A program made the position numbers and the translations under genes. A stretch of DNA of 64,000 bases, taken from NCBI GenBank assembly GCA_964016885.1, contig OZ024744.1, forward strand, positions 1,922,001-1,986,000, given 5' to 3'. This stretch comes from Eledone cirrhosa (taxonomy: Eukaryota). Position 1 is the stretch's first letter. Every line of letters starts with the position of its first letter. Positions 39,270 to 54,100 of the stretch are shown piece after piece. The notes beneath the pieces are model-generated. The model searched no databases. It saw only the letters and a program-made list of their open reading frames with translations, and was not told where the DNA came from.

Positions 39270-42200
39270 TTGTCTTCCCCTAAAACTTCGTTCTTCACCA
39301 AGCTATCTTTCTCTAGCTTGTCTTCACACAAAACTTCGTTCTTCACCAAGCTATCTTTCTCTACCTTGTCTTCCCCCAAAACGTCATTCTTCACCAAGCT
39401 ATCTTTCTCTACCTTGTCTTCCCTCAAAACGTCGTTCTTCACCAAGCTATCTTTCTCTACCTTGTCTTCCCCCAAAACTTCGTTCTTCACCAAGCTATCT
39501 TTCTCTACCTTGTCGTCCCCCAAAACTTCGTTCTTCGCAAGCTATCTTTCTCTACCTTGTCTTCCGTCAAAACTTCGTTCTTCACCAAGCTATCTTTCTC
39601 TACCTTGTCTTCCCACAAAACGTCGTTCTTCACCAAGCTATCTTTCTCTACCTTGTCTTCCCTCAAAACGTCGTTCTTCACCAAGCTATCTTTCTCTACC
39701 TTGTCTTCCCTCAAAACATCGTTCTTCACCAAGCTATCTTTCTCTACCTTGTCTTCTCCCAAAACTTCGTTATTCACCAAGCTATCTTTCTCTACCTTGT
39801 CTTCCCTCAAAACTTCGTTCTTCACCAAGCTATCTTTCTCTACCTTGTCTTCCCCCAAAACTTCGTTCTTCACCAAGCTATCTTTCTCTACCTTGTCTTC
39901 TCCCAAAACTTCGTTCTTCACCAAGCTATCTTTCTCTAGCTTGTCTTCACACAAAACTTCGTTCTTCACCAAGCTATCTTTCTCTACCTTGTCTTCCCAC
40001 AAAACGTCATTCTTCACCAAGCTATCTTTCTCTACCTTGTCTTCCGTCAAAACTTCGTTCTTCACCAAGATATCTTTCTCTACCTTGTCTTCTCCCAAAA
40101 CTTCGTTCTTCACCAAGCTATCTTTCTCTACCTTGTCTTCCCTCAGAACTTCGTTCTTCAACAAGCTATCTTTCTCTACCTTGTCTTCCCCCAAAACTTC
40201 GTTCTTCACCAAGCTATCTTTCTCTACATTGTCTTCCCCAAAACTTCGTTCTTCACCAAGCTATCTTTCTCTACCTTGTCTTCCCTCAAAACGTCGTTCT
40301 TCACCAAGCTATCTTTCTCTACCTTGTCTTCCCCCAAAACTTCGTTCTTCACCAAGCTATCTTTCTCTACCTTGTCGTCCTCCAAAACTTCGTTCTTCAC
40401 CAAGCTATCTTTCTCTACATTGTCTTCCCCAAAACTTCGTTCTTCACCAATCTATCTTTCTCTACCTTGTCTTCCCTCAAAACGTCGTTCTTCACCAAGC
40501 TATCTTTCTCTACCTTGTCTTCTCCCAAAACTTCGTTATATTACCAAGCTATCTTTCTCTACCTTGTCTTCCCTCAAAACTTCGTTCTTCACCAAGCTAT
40601 CTTTCTCTACCTTGTCTTCCCCCAAAACTTCGTTCTTCACCAAGCTATCTTTCTCTACATTGTCTTCCCCAAAACTTCGTTCTTCACCAAGCTATCTTTC
40701 TCTACCTTGTCTTCCCCCAAAACTTCGTTGTTCACCAAGCTATCTTTCTCTACCTTGTCTTCCCCCAAAACTTCGTTCTTCACCAAGCTATCTTACTCTA
40801 CCTTGTCTTCCCCCAAAACTTCGTTCTTCACCAAGCTATCTTTCTCTACCTTGTCTTCCCACAAAACTTCGTTCTTCACCAAGCTATCTTTCTCTACCTT
40901 GTCTTCCCACAAAACGTCGTTCTTCACCAAGCTATCTTTCTCTACCTTGTCTTCCCTCAAAACTTCGTTCTTCAACAAGCTATCTTTCTCTACCTTGTCT
41001 TCCCCCAAAACTTCGTTCTTCACCAAGCTATCTTTAACTACCTTGTCTTCCCCCAAAACTTCGTTCTTCACCAAGCTATCTTTCTCTACCTTGTCTTCCC
41101 TCAAAACTTCGTTCTTCACCAAGCTATCTTTCTCGACCTTGTCTTCTCCCAAAACTTCGTTATTCACCAAGCTATCTTTCTCTACCTTGTCTTCCCTCAA
41201 AACTTCGTTCTTCACCAAGGTATCTTTATCTACCTTGTCTTCCCACAAAACGTCATTCTTCACCAAGCTATCTTTCTCGACCTTGTCTTCCGTCAAAACT
41301 TCGTTCTTCACCAAGGTGTCTTTCTCTACCTTGTCTTCCCACAAAACGTCGTTCTTCACCAAGCTATATTTCTCTACCTTGTCTTCCCTCAGAACTTCGT
41401 TCTTCACCAAGCTATCTTTCTCTACCTTGTCTTCCCCCAAAACTTCGTTCTTCACCAAGCTATCTTTCTCTACATTGTCTTCCCCAAAACTTCGTTCTTC
41501 ACCAAGCTATCTTTCACTACCTTGTCTTCCCCCAAAACTTCGTTCTTCACCAAGCTATCTTTCTCTACCTTGTCTTCCCACAAAACTTCGTTCTTCACCA
41601 AGCTATCTTTCTCTACCTTGTCTTCCCCCAAAACTTCGTTCTTCACCAAGCTATCTTTCTCTACATTGTCTTCCCCAAAACTTCGTTCTTCACCAAGCTA
41701 TCTTTCTCTACCTTGTCTTCCCTCAAAACGTCGTTCTTCACCAAGCTATCTTTCTCTACCTTGTCTTCTCCCAAAACTTCGTTATTCACCAAGCTATCTT
41801 TCTCTACCTTGTCTTCCCTCAAAACTTCGTTCTTCACCAAGCTATCTTTCTCTACCTTGTCTTCCCCCAAAACTTCGTTCTTCACCAAGCTATCTTTCTC
41901 TACATTGTCTTCCCCAAAACTTCGTTCTTCACCAAGCTATCTTTCTCTACCTTGTCTTCCCCCAAAACTTCGTTGTTCACCAAGCTATCTTTCTCTACCT
42001 TGTCTTCCCCCAAAACTTCGTTCTTCACCAAGATATCTTTCTCTACCTTGTCTTCCCCCAAAACTTCGTTCTTCACCAAGCTATCTTTCTCTACCTTGTC
42101 TTCCCACAAAACTTCGTTCTTCACCAAGCTATCTTTCTCTACCTTGTCTTCCCACAAAACGTCGTTCTTCACCAAGCTATCTTTCTCTACCTTGTCTTCC

Positions 42201-45150
42201 CCCAAAACTTCGTTCTTCACCAAGCTATCTTTCTCTAGCTTGTCTTCACACAAAACGTCGTTCTTCACCAAGCTATCTTTCTCTACCTTGTCTTCCCCCA
42301 AAACTTCGTTCTTTACCAAGCTATCTTTCTCTACCTTGTCTTCCCCCAAAACTTCGTTCTTCACCAAGCTATCTTTCTCTACCTTGTCTTCCCCCAAAAC
42401 TTCGTTCTTCACCAAGCTATCTTTCTCTACCTTGTCTTCCCCCAAAACTTCGTTCTTCACCAAGCTATCTTTCTCTACCTTGTCTTCCCCTAAAACTTCG
42501 TTCTTCACCAAGCTATCTTTCTCTAGCTTGTCTTCACACGAAACTTCGTTCTTCACCAAGCTATCTTTCTCTACCTTGTCTTCCCACAAAACGTCATTCT
42601 TCACCAAGCTATCTTTCTCTACCTTGTCTTCCGTCAAAACGTCGTCCTTCACCAAGCTATCTTTCTCTACCTTGTCTTCCCTCAAAACGTCGTTCTTCAC
42701 CAAGCTATCTTTCTCTACCTTGTCTTCCCCCAAAACTTCGTTCTTCACCAAGCTATCTTTCTCTACCTTGTCGTCCCCCAAAACTTCGTTCTTCGCAAGC
42801 TATCTTTCTCTACCTTGTCTTCCGTCAAAACTTCGTTCTTCACCAAGCTATCTTTCTCTACCTTGTCTTCCCACAAAACGTCGTTCTTCACCAAGCTATC
42901 TTTCTCTACCTTGTCTTCCCTCAAAACGTCGTTCTTCACCAAGCTATCTTTCTCTACCTTGTCTTCCCTCAAAACATCGTTCTTCACCAAGCTATCTTTC
43001 TCTACCTTGTCTTCTCCCAAAACTTCGTTATTCACCAAGCTATCTTTCTCTACCTTGTCTTCCCTCAAAACTTCGTTCTTCACCAAGCTATCTTTCTCTA
43101 CCTTGTCTTCCCCCAAAACTTCGTTCTTCACCAAGCTATCTTTCTCTACCTTGTCTTCCCCCAAAACTTCGTTCTTCACCAAGCTATCTTTCTCTAGCTT
43201 GTCTTCACACAAAACTTCGTTCTTCACCAAGCTATCTTTCTCTACCTTGTCTTCCCACAAAACGTCATTCTTCACCAAGCTATCTTTCTCTACCTTGTCT
43301 TCCGTCAAAACTTCGTTCTTCACCAAGATATCTTTCTCTACCTTGTCTTCTCCCAAAACTTCGTTCTTCACCAAGCTATCTTTCTCTACCTTGTCTTCCC
43401 TCAGAACTTCGTTCTTCAACAAGCTATCTTTCTCTACCTTGTCTTCCCCCAAAACTTCGTTCTTCACCAAGCTATCTTTCTCTACATTGTCTTCCCCAAA
43501 ACTTCGTTCTTCACCAAGCTATCTTTCTCTACCTTGTCTTCCCTCAAAACGTCGTTCTTCACCAAGCTATCTTTCTCTACCTTGTCTTCCCCCAAAACTT
43601 CGTTCTTCACCAAGCTATCTTTCTCTACCTTGTCGTCCCCCAAAACTTCGTTCTTCACCAAGCTATCTTTCTCTACATTGTCTTCCCCAAAACTTCGTTC
43701 TTCACCAATCTATCTTTCTCTACCTTGTCTTCCCTCAAAACGTCGTTCTTCACCAAGCTATCTTTCTCTACCTTGTCTTCTCCCAAAACTTCGTTATTCA
43801 CCAAGCTATCTTTCTCCATCTTGTCTTCCCTCAAAACTTCGTTCTTCACCAAGCTATCTTTCTCTACCTTGTCTTCCCCCAAAACTTCGTTCTTCACCAA
43901 GCTATCTTTCTCTACATTGTCTTCCCCAAAACTTCGTTCTTCACCAAGCTATCTTTCTCTACCTTGTCTTCCCCCAAAACTTCGTTGTTCACCAAGCTAT
44001 CTTTCTCTACCTTGTCTTCCCCCAAAACTTCGTTCTTCACCAAGCTATCTTACTCTACCTTGTCTTCCCCCAAAACTTCATTCTTCACCAAGCTATCTTT
44101 CTCTACCTTGTCTTCCCACAAAACTTCGTTCTTCACCAAGCTATCTTTCTCTACCTTGTCTTCCCACAAAACGTCGTTCTTCACCAAGCTATCTTTCTCT
44201 ACCTTGTCTTCCCTCAAAAGTTCGTTCTTCAACAAGCTATCTTTCTCTACCTTGTCTTCCCCCAAAACTTCGTTCTTCACCAAGCTATCTTTAACTACCT
44301 TGTCTTCCCCCAAAACTTCGTTCTTCACCAAGCTATCTTTCTCTACCTTGTCTTCCCTCAAAACTTCGTTCTTCACCAAGCTATCTTTCTCGACCTTGTC
44401 TTCTCCCAAAACTTCGTTATTCACCAAGCTATCTTTCTCTACCTTGTCTTCCCTCAAAACTTCGTTCTTCACCAAGGTATCTTTATCTACCTTGTCTTCC
44501 CACAAAACGTCATTCTTCACCAAGCTATCTTTCCCGACCTTGTCTTCCGTCAAAACTTCGTTCTTCACCAAGGTGTCTTTCTCTACCTTGTCTTCCCACA
44601 AAACGTCGTTCTTCACCAAGCTATCTTTCTCTACCTTGTCTTCCCTCAGAACTTCGTTCTTCACCAAGCTATCTTTCTCTACCTTGTCTTCCCCCAAAAC
44701 TCCGTTCTTCACCAAGCTATCTTTCTCTACATTGTCTTCCCCAAAACTTCGTTCTTCACCAAGCTATCTTTCTCTACCTTGTCTTCGCCCAAAACTTCGT
44801 TCTTCACCAAGCTATCTTTCTCTACCTTGTCTTCCCACAAAACTTCGTTCTTCACCAAGCTATCTTTCTCTACCTTGTCTTCCCCCAAAACTTCGTTCTT
44901 CACCAAGCTATCTTTCTCTACATTGTCTTCCCCAAAACTTCGTTCTTCACCAAGCTATCTTTCTCTACCTTGTCTTCCCTCAAAACGTCGTTCTTCACCA
45001 AGCTATCTTTCTCTACCTTGTCTTCTCCCAAAACTTCATTATTCACCAAGCTATCTTTCTCTACCTTGTCTTCCCTCAAAACTTCGTTCTTCACCAAGCT
45101 ATCTTTCTCTACCTTGTCTTCCCCCAAAACTTCGTTCTTCACCAAGCTAT
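39270..45150. repeat. Tandem higher-order unit of ~3257-3258 bp (68 monomers) in the R domain
   Basis: TTCGCAAG at 39537/42795 and AAGGTGTC at ~41314/~44571 share this spacing, as do the ORF pairs 39505/42763, 40793/44050 and 41661/44918. The same period recurs at 50667/53924. Confidence 0.88.
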
Positions 45151-48100
45151 CTTTCTCTAGCTCGTCTTCACACAAAACTTCGTTCTTCACCAAGCTATCT
45201 TTCTCTACCTTGTCTTCCCACAAAACGTCATTCTTCACCAAGCTATCTTTCTCTACCTTGTCTTCCGTCAAAACTTCGTTCTTCACCAAGATATCTTTCT
45301 CTACCTTGTCTTCTCCCAAAACTTCGTTCTTCACCAAGCTATCTTTCTCTACCTTGTCTTCCCTCAGAACTTCGTTCTTCAACAAGCTATCTTTCTCTAC
45401 CTTGTCTTCCCCCAAAACTTCGTTCTTCACCAAGCTATCTTTCTCTACATTGTCTTCCCCAAAACTTCGTTCTTCACCAAGCTATCTTTCTCTACCTTGT
45501 CTTCCCCCAAAACTTCGTTGTTCACCAAGCTATCTTTCTCTACCTTGTCTTCCCCCAAAACTTCGTTCTTCACCAAGCTATCTTACTCTACCTTGTCTTC
45601 CCCCAAAACTTCGTTCTTCACCAAGCTATCTTTCTCTACCTTGTCTTCCCACAAAACTTCGTTCTTCACCAAGCTATCTTTCTCTACCTTGTCTTCCCAC
45701 AAAACGTCGTTCTTCACCAAGCTATCTTTCTCTACCTTGTCTTCCCTCAAAAGTTCGTTCTTCAACAAGCTATCTTTCTCTACCTTGTCTTCCCCCAAAA
45801 CTTCGTTCTTCACCAAGCTATCTTTAACTACCTTGTCTTCCCCCAAAACTTCGTTCTTCACCAAGCTATCTTTCTATACCTTGTCTTCCCTCAAAACTTC
45901 GTTCTTCACCAAGCTATCTTTCTCGACCTTGTCTTCTCCCAAAACTTCGTTATTCACCAAGCTATCTTTCTCTACCTTGTCTTCCCTCAAAACTTCGTTC
46001 TTCACCAAGGTATCTTTATCTACCTTGTCTTCCCACAAAACGTCATTCTTCACCAAGCTATCTTCCTCGACCTTGTCTTCCGTCAAAACTTCGTTCTTCA
46101 CCAAGGTGTCTTTCTCTACCTTGTCTTCCCACAAAACGTCGTTCTTCACCAAGCTATCTTTCTCTACCTTGTCTTCCCTCAGAACTTCGTTCTTCACCAA
46201 GCTATCTTTCTCTACCTTGTCTTCCCCCAAAACTTCGTTCTTCACCAAGCTATCTTTCTCTACATTGTCTTCCCCAAAACTTCGTTCTTCACCAAGCTAT
46301 ATTTCTCTACCTTGTCTTCCCCCAAAACTTCGTTCTTCACCAAGCTATCTTTCTCTACCTTGTCTTCCCACAAAACTTCGTTCTTCACCAAGCTATCTTT
46401 CTCTACCTTGTCTTCCCCCAAAACTTCGTTCTTCACCAAGCTATCTTTCTCTACATTGTCTTCCCCAAAACTTCGTTCTTCACCAAGCTATCTTTCTCTA
46501 CCTTGTCTTCCCTCAAAACGTCGTTCTTCACCAAGCTATCTTTCTCTACCTTGTCTTCTCCCAAAACTTCGTTATTCACCAAGCTATCTTTCTCTACCTT
46601 GTCTTCCCTCAAAACTTCGTTCTTCACCAAGCTATCTTTCTCTACCTTGTCTTCCCCCAAAACTTCGTTCTTCACCAAGCTATCTTTCTCTAGCTTGTCT
46701 TCACACAAAACTTCGTTCTTCACCAAGCTATCTTTCTCTACCTTGTCTTCCCACAAAACGTCATTCTTCACCAAGCTATCTTTCTCTACCTTGTCTTCCG
46801 TCAAAACTTCGTTCTTCACCAAGATATCTTTCTCTACCTTGTCTTCTCCCAAAACTTCGTTCTTCACCAAGCTATCTTTCTCTACCTTGTCTTCCCTCAG
46901 AACTTCGTTCTTCAACAAGCTATCTTTCTCTACCTTGTCTTCCCCCAAAACTTCGTTCTTCACCAAGCTATCTTTCTCTACCTTGTCGTCCTCCAAAACT
47001 TCGTTCTTCACCAAGCTATCTTTCTCTACATTGTCTTCCCCAAAACTTCGTTCTTCACCAATCTATCTTTCTCTACCTTGTCTTCCCTCAAAACGTCGTT
47101 CTTCACCAAGCTATCTTTCTCTACCTTGTCTTCTCCCAAAACTTCGTTATATTACCAAGCTATCTTTCTCTACCTTGTCTTCCCTCAAAACTTCGTTCTT
47201 CACCAACTATCTTTCTCTACCTTGTCTTCCCCCAAAACTTCGTTCTTCACCAAGCTATCTTTCTCTACATTGTCTTCCCCAAAACTTCGTTCTTCACCAA
47301 GCTATCTTTCTCTACCTTGTCTTCCCCCAAAACTTCGTTGTTCACCAAGCTATCTTTCTCTACCTTGTCTTCCCCCAAAACTTCGTTCTTCACCAAGCTA
47401 TCTTACTCTACCTTGTCTTCCCCCAAAACTTCGTTCTTCACCAAGCTATCTTTCTCTACCTTGTCTTCCCACAAAACTTCGTTCTTCACCAAGCTAACTT
47501 TCTCTACCTTGTCTTCCCACAAAACGTCGTTCTTCACCAAGCTATCTTTCTCTACCTTGTCTTCCCTCAAAACTTCGTTCTTCAACAAGCTATCTTTCTC
47601 TACCTTGTCTTCCCCCAAAACTTCGTTCTTCACCAAGCTATCTTTAACTACCTTGTCTTCCCCCAAAACTTCGTTCTTCACCAAGCTATCTTTCTCTACC
47701 TTGTCTTCCCTCAAAACTTCGTTCTTCACCAAGCTATCTTTCTCGACCTTGTCTTCTCCCAAAACTTCGTTATTCACCAAGCTATCTTTCTCTACCTTGT
47801 CTTCCCTCAAAACTTCGTTCTTCACCAAGGTATCTTTATCTACCTTGTCTTCCCACAAAACGTCATTCTTCACCAAGCTATCTTTCTCGACCTTGTCTTC
47901 CGTCAAAACTTCGTTCTTCACCAAGGTGTCTTTCTCTACCTTGTCTTCCCACAAAACGTCGTTCTTCACCAAGCTATATTTCTCTACCTTGTCTTCCCTC
48001 AGAACTTCGTTCTTCACCAAGCTATCTTTCTCTACCTTGTCTTCCCCCAAAACTTCGTTCTTCACCAAGCTATCTTTCTCTACATTGTCTTCCCCAAAAC

Positions 48101-51100
48101 TTCGTTCTTCACCAAGCTATCTTTCTCTACCTTGTCTTCCCCAAAACTTCGTTCTTCACCAAGCTATCTTTCTCTACCTTGTCTTCCCACAAAACTTCGT
48201 TCTTCACCAAGCTATCTTTCTCTACCTTGTCTTCCCCCAAAACTTCGTTCTTCACCAAGCTATCTTTCTCTACATTGTCTTCCCCAAAACTTCGTTCTTC
48301 ACCAAGCTATCTTTCTCTACCTTGTCTTCCCTCAAAACGTCGTTCTTCACCAAGCTATCTTTCTCTACCTTGTCTTCTCCCAAAACTTCGTTATTCACCA
48401 AGCTATCTTTCTCTACCTTGTCTTCCCTCAAAACTTCGTTCTTCACCAAGCTATCTTTCTCTACCTTGTCTTCCCCCAAAACTTCGTTCTTCACCAAGCT
48501 ATCTTTCTCTACCTTGTCTTCCCACAAAACTTCGTTCTTCACCAAGCTATCTTTCTCTACCTTGTCTTCCCCCAAAACTTCGTTCTTCACCAAGCTATCT
48601 TTCTCTAGCTTGTCTTCACACAAAACGTCGTTCTTCACCAAGCTATCTTTCTCTACCTTGTCTTCCCCCAAAACTTCGTTCTTTACCAAGCTATCTTTCT
48701 CTACCTTGTCTTCCCCCAAAACTTCGTTCTTCACCAAGCTATCTTTCTCTACCTTGTCTTCCCCCAAAACTTCGTTCTTCACCAAGCTATCTTTCTCTAC
48801 CTTGTCTTCCCCCAAAACTTCGTTCTTCACCAAGCTATCTTTCTCTACCTTGTCTTCCCCTAAAACTTCGTTCTTCACCAAGCTATCTTTCTCTAGCTTG
48901 TCTTCACACAAAACTTCGTTCTTCACCAAGCTATCTTTCTCTACCTTGTCTTCCCACAAAACGTCATTCTTCACCAAGCTATCTTTCTCTACCTTGTCTT
49001 CCGTCAAAACGTCGTTCTTCACCAAGCTATCTTTCTCTACCTTGTCTTCCCTCAAAACGTCGTTCTTCACCAAGCTATCTTTCTCTACCTTGTCTTCCCC
49101 CAAAACTTCGTTCTTCACCAAGCTATCTTTCTCTACCTTGTCGTCCCCCAAAACTTCGTTCTTCGCAAGCTATCTTTCTCTACCTTGTCTTCCGTCAAAA
49201 CTTCGTTCTTCACCAAGCTATCTTTCTCTACCTTGTCTTCCCACAAAACGTCGTTCTTCACCAAGCTATCTTTCTCTACCTTGTCTTCCCTCAAAACGTC
49301 GTTCTTCACCAAGCTATCTTTCTCTACCTTGTCTTCCCTCAAAACATCGTTCTTCACCAAGCTATCTTTCTCTACCTTGTCTTCTCCCAAAACTTCGTTA
49401 TTCACCAAGCTATCTTTCTCTACCTTGTCTTCCCTCAAAACTTCGTTCTTCACCAAGCTATCTTTCTCTACCTTGTCTTCTCCCAAAACTTCGTTATTCA
49501 CCAAGCTATCTTTCTCTACCTTGTCTTCCCTCAAAACTTCGTTCTTCACCAAGCTATCTTTCTCTACCTTGTCTTCCCCCAAAACTTCGTTCTTCACCAA
49601 GCTATCTTTCTCTACCTTGTCTTCCCCCAAAACTTCGTTCTTCACCAAGCTATCTTTCTCTAGCTTGTCTTCACACAAAACTTCGTTCTTCACCAAGCTA
49701 TCTTTCTCTACCTTGTCTTCCCACAAAACGTCATTCTTCACCAAGCTATCTTTCTCTACCTTGTCTTCCGTCAAAACTTCGTTCTTCACCAAGATATCTT
49801 TCTCTACCTTGTCTTCTCCCAAAACTTCGTTCTTCACCAAGCTATCTTTCTCTACCTTGTCTTCCCTCAGAACTTCGTTCTTCAACAAGCTATCTTTCTC
49901 TACCTTGTCTTCCCCCAAAACGTCGTTCTTCACCAAGCTATCTTTCTCTACCTTGTCTTCCCTCAAAACTTCGTTCTTCAACAAGCTATCTTTCTCTACC
50001 TTGTCTTCCCCCAAAACTTCGTTCTTCACCAAGCTATCTTTAACTACCTTGTCTTCCCCCAAAACTTCGTTCTTCACCAAGCTATCTTTCTCTACCTTGT
50101 CTTCCCTCAAAACTTCGTTCTTCACCAAGCTATCTTTCTCGACCTTGTCTTCTCCCAAAACTTCGTTATTCACCAAGCTATCTTTCTCTACCTTGTCTTC
50201 CCTCAAAACTTCGTTCTTCACCAAGGTATCTTTATCTACTTTGTCTTCCCACAAAACGTCATTCTTCACCAAGCTATCTTTCTCGACCTTGTCTTCCGTC
50301 AAAACTTCGTTCTTCACCAAGGTGTCTTTCTCTACCTTGTCTTCCCACAAAACGTCGTTCTTCACCAAGCTATATTTCTCTACCTTGTCTTCCCTCAGAA
50401 CTTCGTTCTTCACCAAGCTATCTTTCTCTACCTTGTCTTCCCCCAAAACTTCGTTCTTCACCAAGCTATCTTTCTCTACATTGTCTTCCCCAAAACTTCG
50501 TTCTTCACCAAGCTATCTTTCTCTACCTTGTCTTCCCCCAAAACTTCGTTCTTCACCAAGCTATCTTTCTCTACATTGTCTTCCCACAAAACTTCGTTCT
50601 TCACCAAGCTATCTTTCTCTACCTTGTCTTCCCCCAAAACTTCGTTCTTCACCAAGCTATCTTTCTCTACATTGTCTTCCCCAAAACTTCGTTCTTCACC
50701 AAGCTATCTTTCTCTACCTTGTCTTCCCTCAAAACGTCGTTCTTCACCAAGCTATCTTTCTCTACCTTGTCTTCTCCCAAAACTTCGTTATTCACCAAGC
50801 TATCTTTCTCTACCTTGTCTTCCCTCAAAACTTCGTTCTTCACCAAGCTATCTTTCTCTACCTTGTCTTCCCCCAAAACTTCGTTCTTCACCAAGCTATC
50901 TTTCTCTACATTGTCTTCCCCAAAACTTCGTTCTTCACCAAGCTATCTTTCTCTACCTTGTCTTCCCCCAAAACTTCGTTGTTCACCAAGCTATCTTTCT
51001 CTACCTTGTCTTCCCCCAAAACTTCGTTCTTCACCAAGATATCTTTCTCTACCTTGTCTTCCCCTAAAACTTCGTTCTTCACCAAGCTATCTTTCTCTAC

Positions 51101-54100
51101 CTTGTCTTCCCACAAAACTTCGTTCTTCACCAAGCTATCTTTCTCTACCTTGTCTTCCCACAAAACGTCGTTCTTCACCAAGCTATCTTTCTCTACCTTG
51201 TCTTCCCCCAAAACTTCGTTCTTCACCAAGCTATCTTTCTCTAGCTTGTCTTCACACAAAACGTCGTTCTTCACCAAGCTATCTTTCTCTACCTTGTCTT
51301 CCCCCAAAACTTCGTTCTTTACCAAGCTATCTTTCTCTACCTTGTCTTCCCCCAAAACTTCGTTCTTCACCAAGCTATCTTTCTCTACCTTGTCTTCCCC
51401 CAAAACTTCGTTCTTCACCAAGCTATCTTTCTCTACCTTGTCTTCCCCCAAAACTTCGTTCTTCACCAAGCTATCTTTCTCTACCTTGTCTTCCCCTAAA
51501 ACTTCGTTCTTCACCAAGCTATCTTTCTCTAGCTTGTCTTCACACAAAACTTCGTTCTTCACCAAGCTATCTTTCTCTACCTTGTCTTCCCACAAAACGT
51601 CATTCTTCACCAAGCTATCTTTCTCTACCTTGTCTTCCGTCAAAACGTCGTTCTTCACCAAGCTATCTTTCTCTACCTTGTCTTCCCTCAAAACGTCGTT
51701 CTTCACCAAGCTATCTTTCTCTACCTTGTCTTCCCCCAAAACTTCGTTCTTCACCAAGCTATCTTTCTCTACCTTGTCGTCCCCCAAAACTTCGTTCTTC
51801 GCAAGCTATCTTTCTCTACCTTGTCTTCCGTCAAAACTTCGTTCTTCACCAAGCTATCTTTCTCTACCTTGTCTTCCCACAAAACGTCGTTCTTCACCAA
51901 GCTATCTTTCTCTACCTTGTCTTCCCTCAAAACGTCGTTCTTCACCAAGCTATCTTTCTCTACCTTGTCTTCCCTCAAAACATCGTTCTTCACCAAGCTA
52001 TCTTTCTCTACCTTGTCTTCTCCCAAAACTTCGTTATTCACCAAGCTATCTTTCTCTACCTTGTCTTCCCTCAAAACTTCGTTCTTCACCAAGCTATCTT
52101 TCTCTACCTTGTCTTCCCCCAAAACTTCGTTCTTCACCAAGCTATCTTTCTCTACCTTGTCTTCCCCCAAAACTTCGTTCTTCACCAAGCTATCTTTCTC
52201 TAGCTTGTCTTCACACAAAACTTCGTTCTTCACCAAGCTATCTTTCTCTACCTTGTCTTCCCACAAAACGTCATTCTTCACCAAGCTATCTTTCTCTACC
52301 TTGTGTTCCGTCAAAACTTCGTTCTTCACCAAGATATCTTTCTCTACCTTGTCTTCTCCCAAAACTTCGTTCTTCACCAAGCTATCTTTCTCTACCTTGT
52401 CTTCCCTCAGAACTTCGTTCTTCAACAAGCTATCTTTCTCTACCTTGTCTTCCCCCAAAACTTCGTTCTTCACCAAGCTATCTTTCTCTACATTGTCTTC
52501 CCCAAAACTTCGTTCTTCACCAAGCTATCTTTCTCTACCTTGTCTTCCCTCAAAACGTCGTTCTTCACCAAGCTATCTTTCTCTACCTTGTCTTCCCCCA
52601 AAACTTCGTTCTTCACCAAGCTATCTTTCTCTACCTTGTCGTCCCCCAAAACTTCGTTCTTCACCAAGCTATCTTTCTCTACATTGTCTTCCCCAAAACT
52701 TCGTTCTTCACCAATCTATCTTTCTCTACCTTGTCTTCCCTCAAAACGTCGTTCTTCACCAAGCTATCTTTCTCTACCTTGTCTTCTCCCAAAACTTCGT
52801 TATTCACCAAGCTATCTTTCTCCATCTTGTCTTCCCTCAAAACTTCGTTCTTCACCAAGCTATCTTTCTCTACCTTGTCTTCCCCCAAAACTTCGTTCTT
52901 CACCAAGCTATCTTTCTCTACATTGTCTTCCCCAAAACTTCGTTCTTCACCAAGCTATCTTTCTCTACCTTGTCTTCCCCCAAAACTTCGTTGTTCACCA
53001 AGCTATCTTTCTCTACCTTGTCTTCCCCCAAAACTTCGTTCTTCACCAAGCTATCTTACTCTACCTTGTCTTCCCCCAAAACTTCGTTCTTCACCAAGCT
53101 ATCTTTCTCTACCTTGTCTTCCCACAAAACTTCGTTCTTCACCAAGCTATCTTTCTCTACCTTGTCTTCCCACAAAACGTCGTTCTTCACCAAGCTATCT
53201 TTCTCTACCTTGTCTTCCCTCAAAAGTTCGTTCTTCAACAAGCTATCTTTCTCTACCTTGTCTTCCCCCAAAACTTCGTTCTTCACCAAGCTATCTTTAA
53301 CTACCTTGTCTTCCCCCAAAACTTCGTTCTACACCAAGCTATCTTTCTCTACCTTGTCTTCCCTCAAAACTTCGTTCTTCACCAAGCTATCTTTCTCGAC
53401 CTTGTCTTCTCCCAAAACTTCGTTATTCACCAAGCTATCTTTCTCTACCTTGTCTTCCCTCAAAACTTCGTTCTTCACCAAGGTATCTTTATCTACCTTG
53501 TCTTCCCACAAAACGTCATTCTTCACCAAGCTATCTTTCTCGACCTTGTCTTCCGTCAAAACTTCGTTCTTCACCAAGGTGTCTTTCTCTACCTTGTCTT
53601 CCCACAAAACGTCGTTCTTCACCAAGCTATCTTTCTCTACCTTGTCTTCCCTCAGAACTTCGTTCTTCACCAAGCTATCTTTCTCTACCTTGTCTTCCCC
53701 CAAAACTTCGTTCTTCACCAAGCTATCTTTCTCTACATTGTCTTCCCCAAAACTTCGTTCTTCACCAAGCTATCTTTCTCTACCTTGTCTTCCCCCAAAA
53801 CTTCGTTCTTCACCAAGCTATCTTTCTCTACCTTGTCTTCCCACAAAACTTCGTTCTTCACCAAGCTATCTTTCTCTACCTTGTCTTCCCCCAAAACTTC
53901 GTTCTTCACCAAGCTATCTTTCTCTACATTGTCTTCCCCAAAACTTCGTTCTTCACCAAGCTATCTTTCTCTACCTTGTCTTCCCTCAAAACGTCGTTCT
54001 TCACCAAGCTATCTTTCTCTACCTTGTCTTCTCCCAAAACTTCGTTATTCACCAAGCTATCTTTCTCTACCTTGTCTTCCCTCAAAACTTCGTTCTTCAC

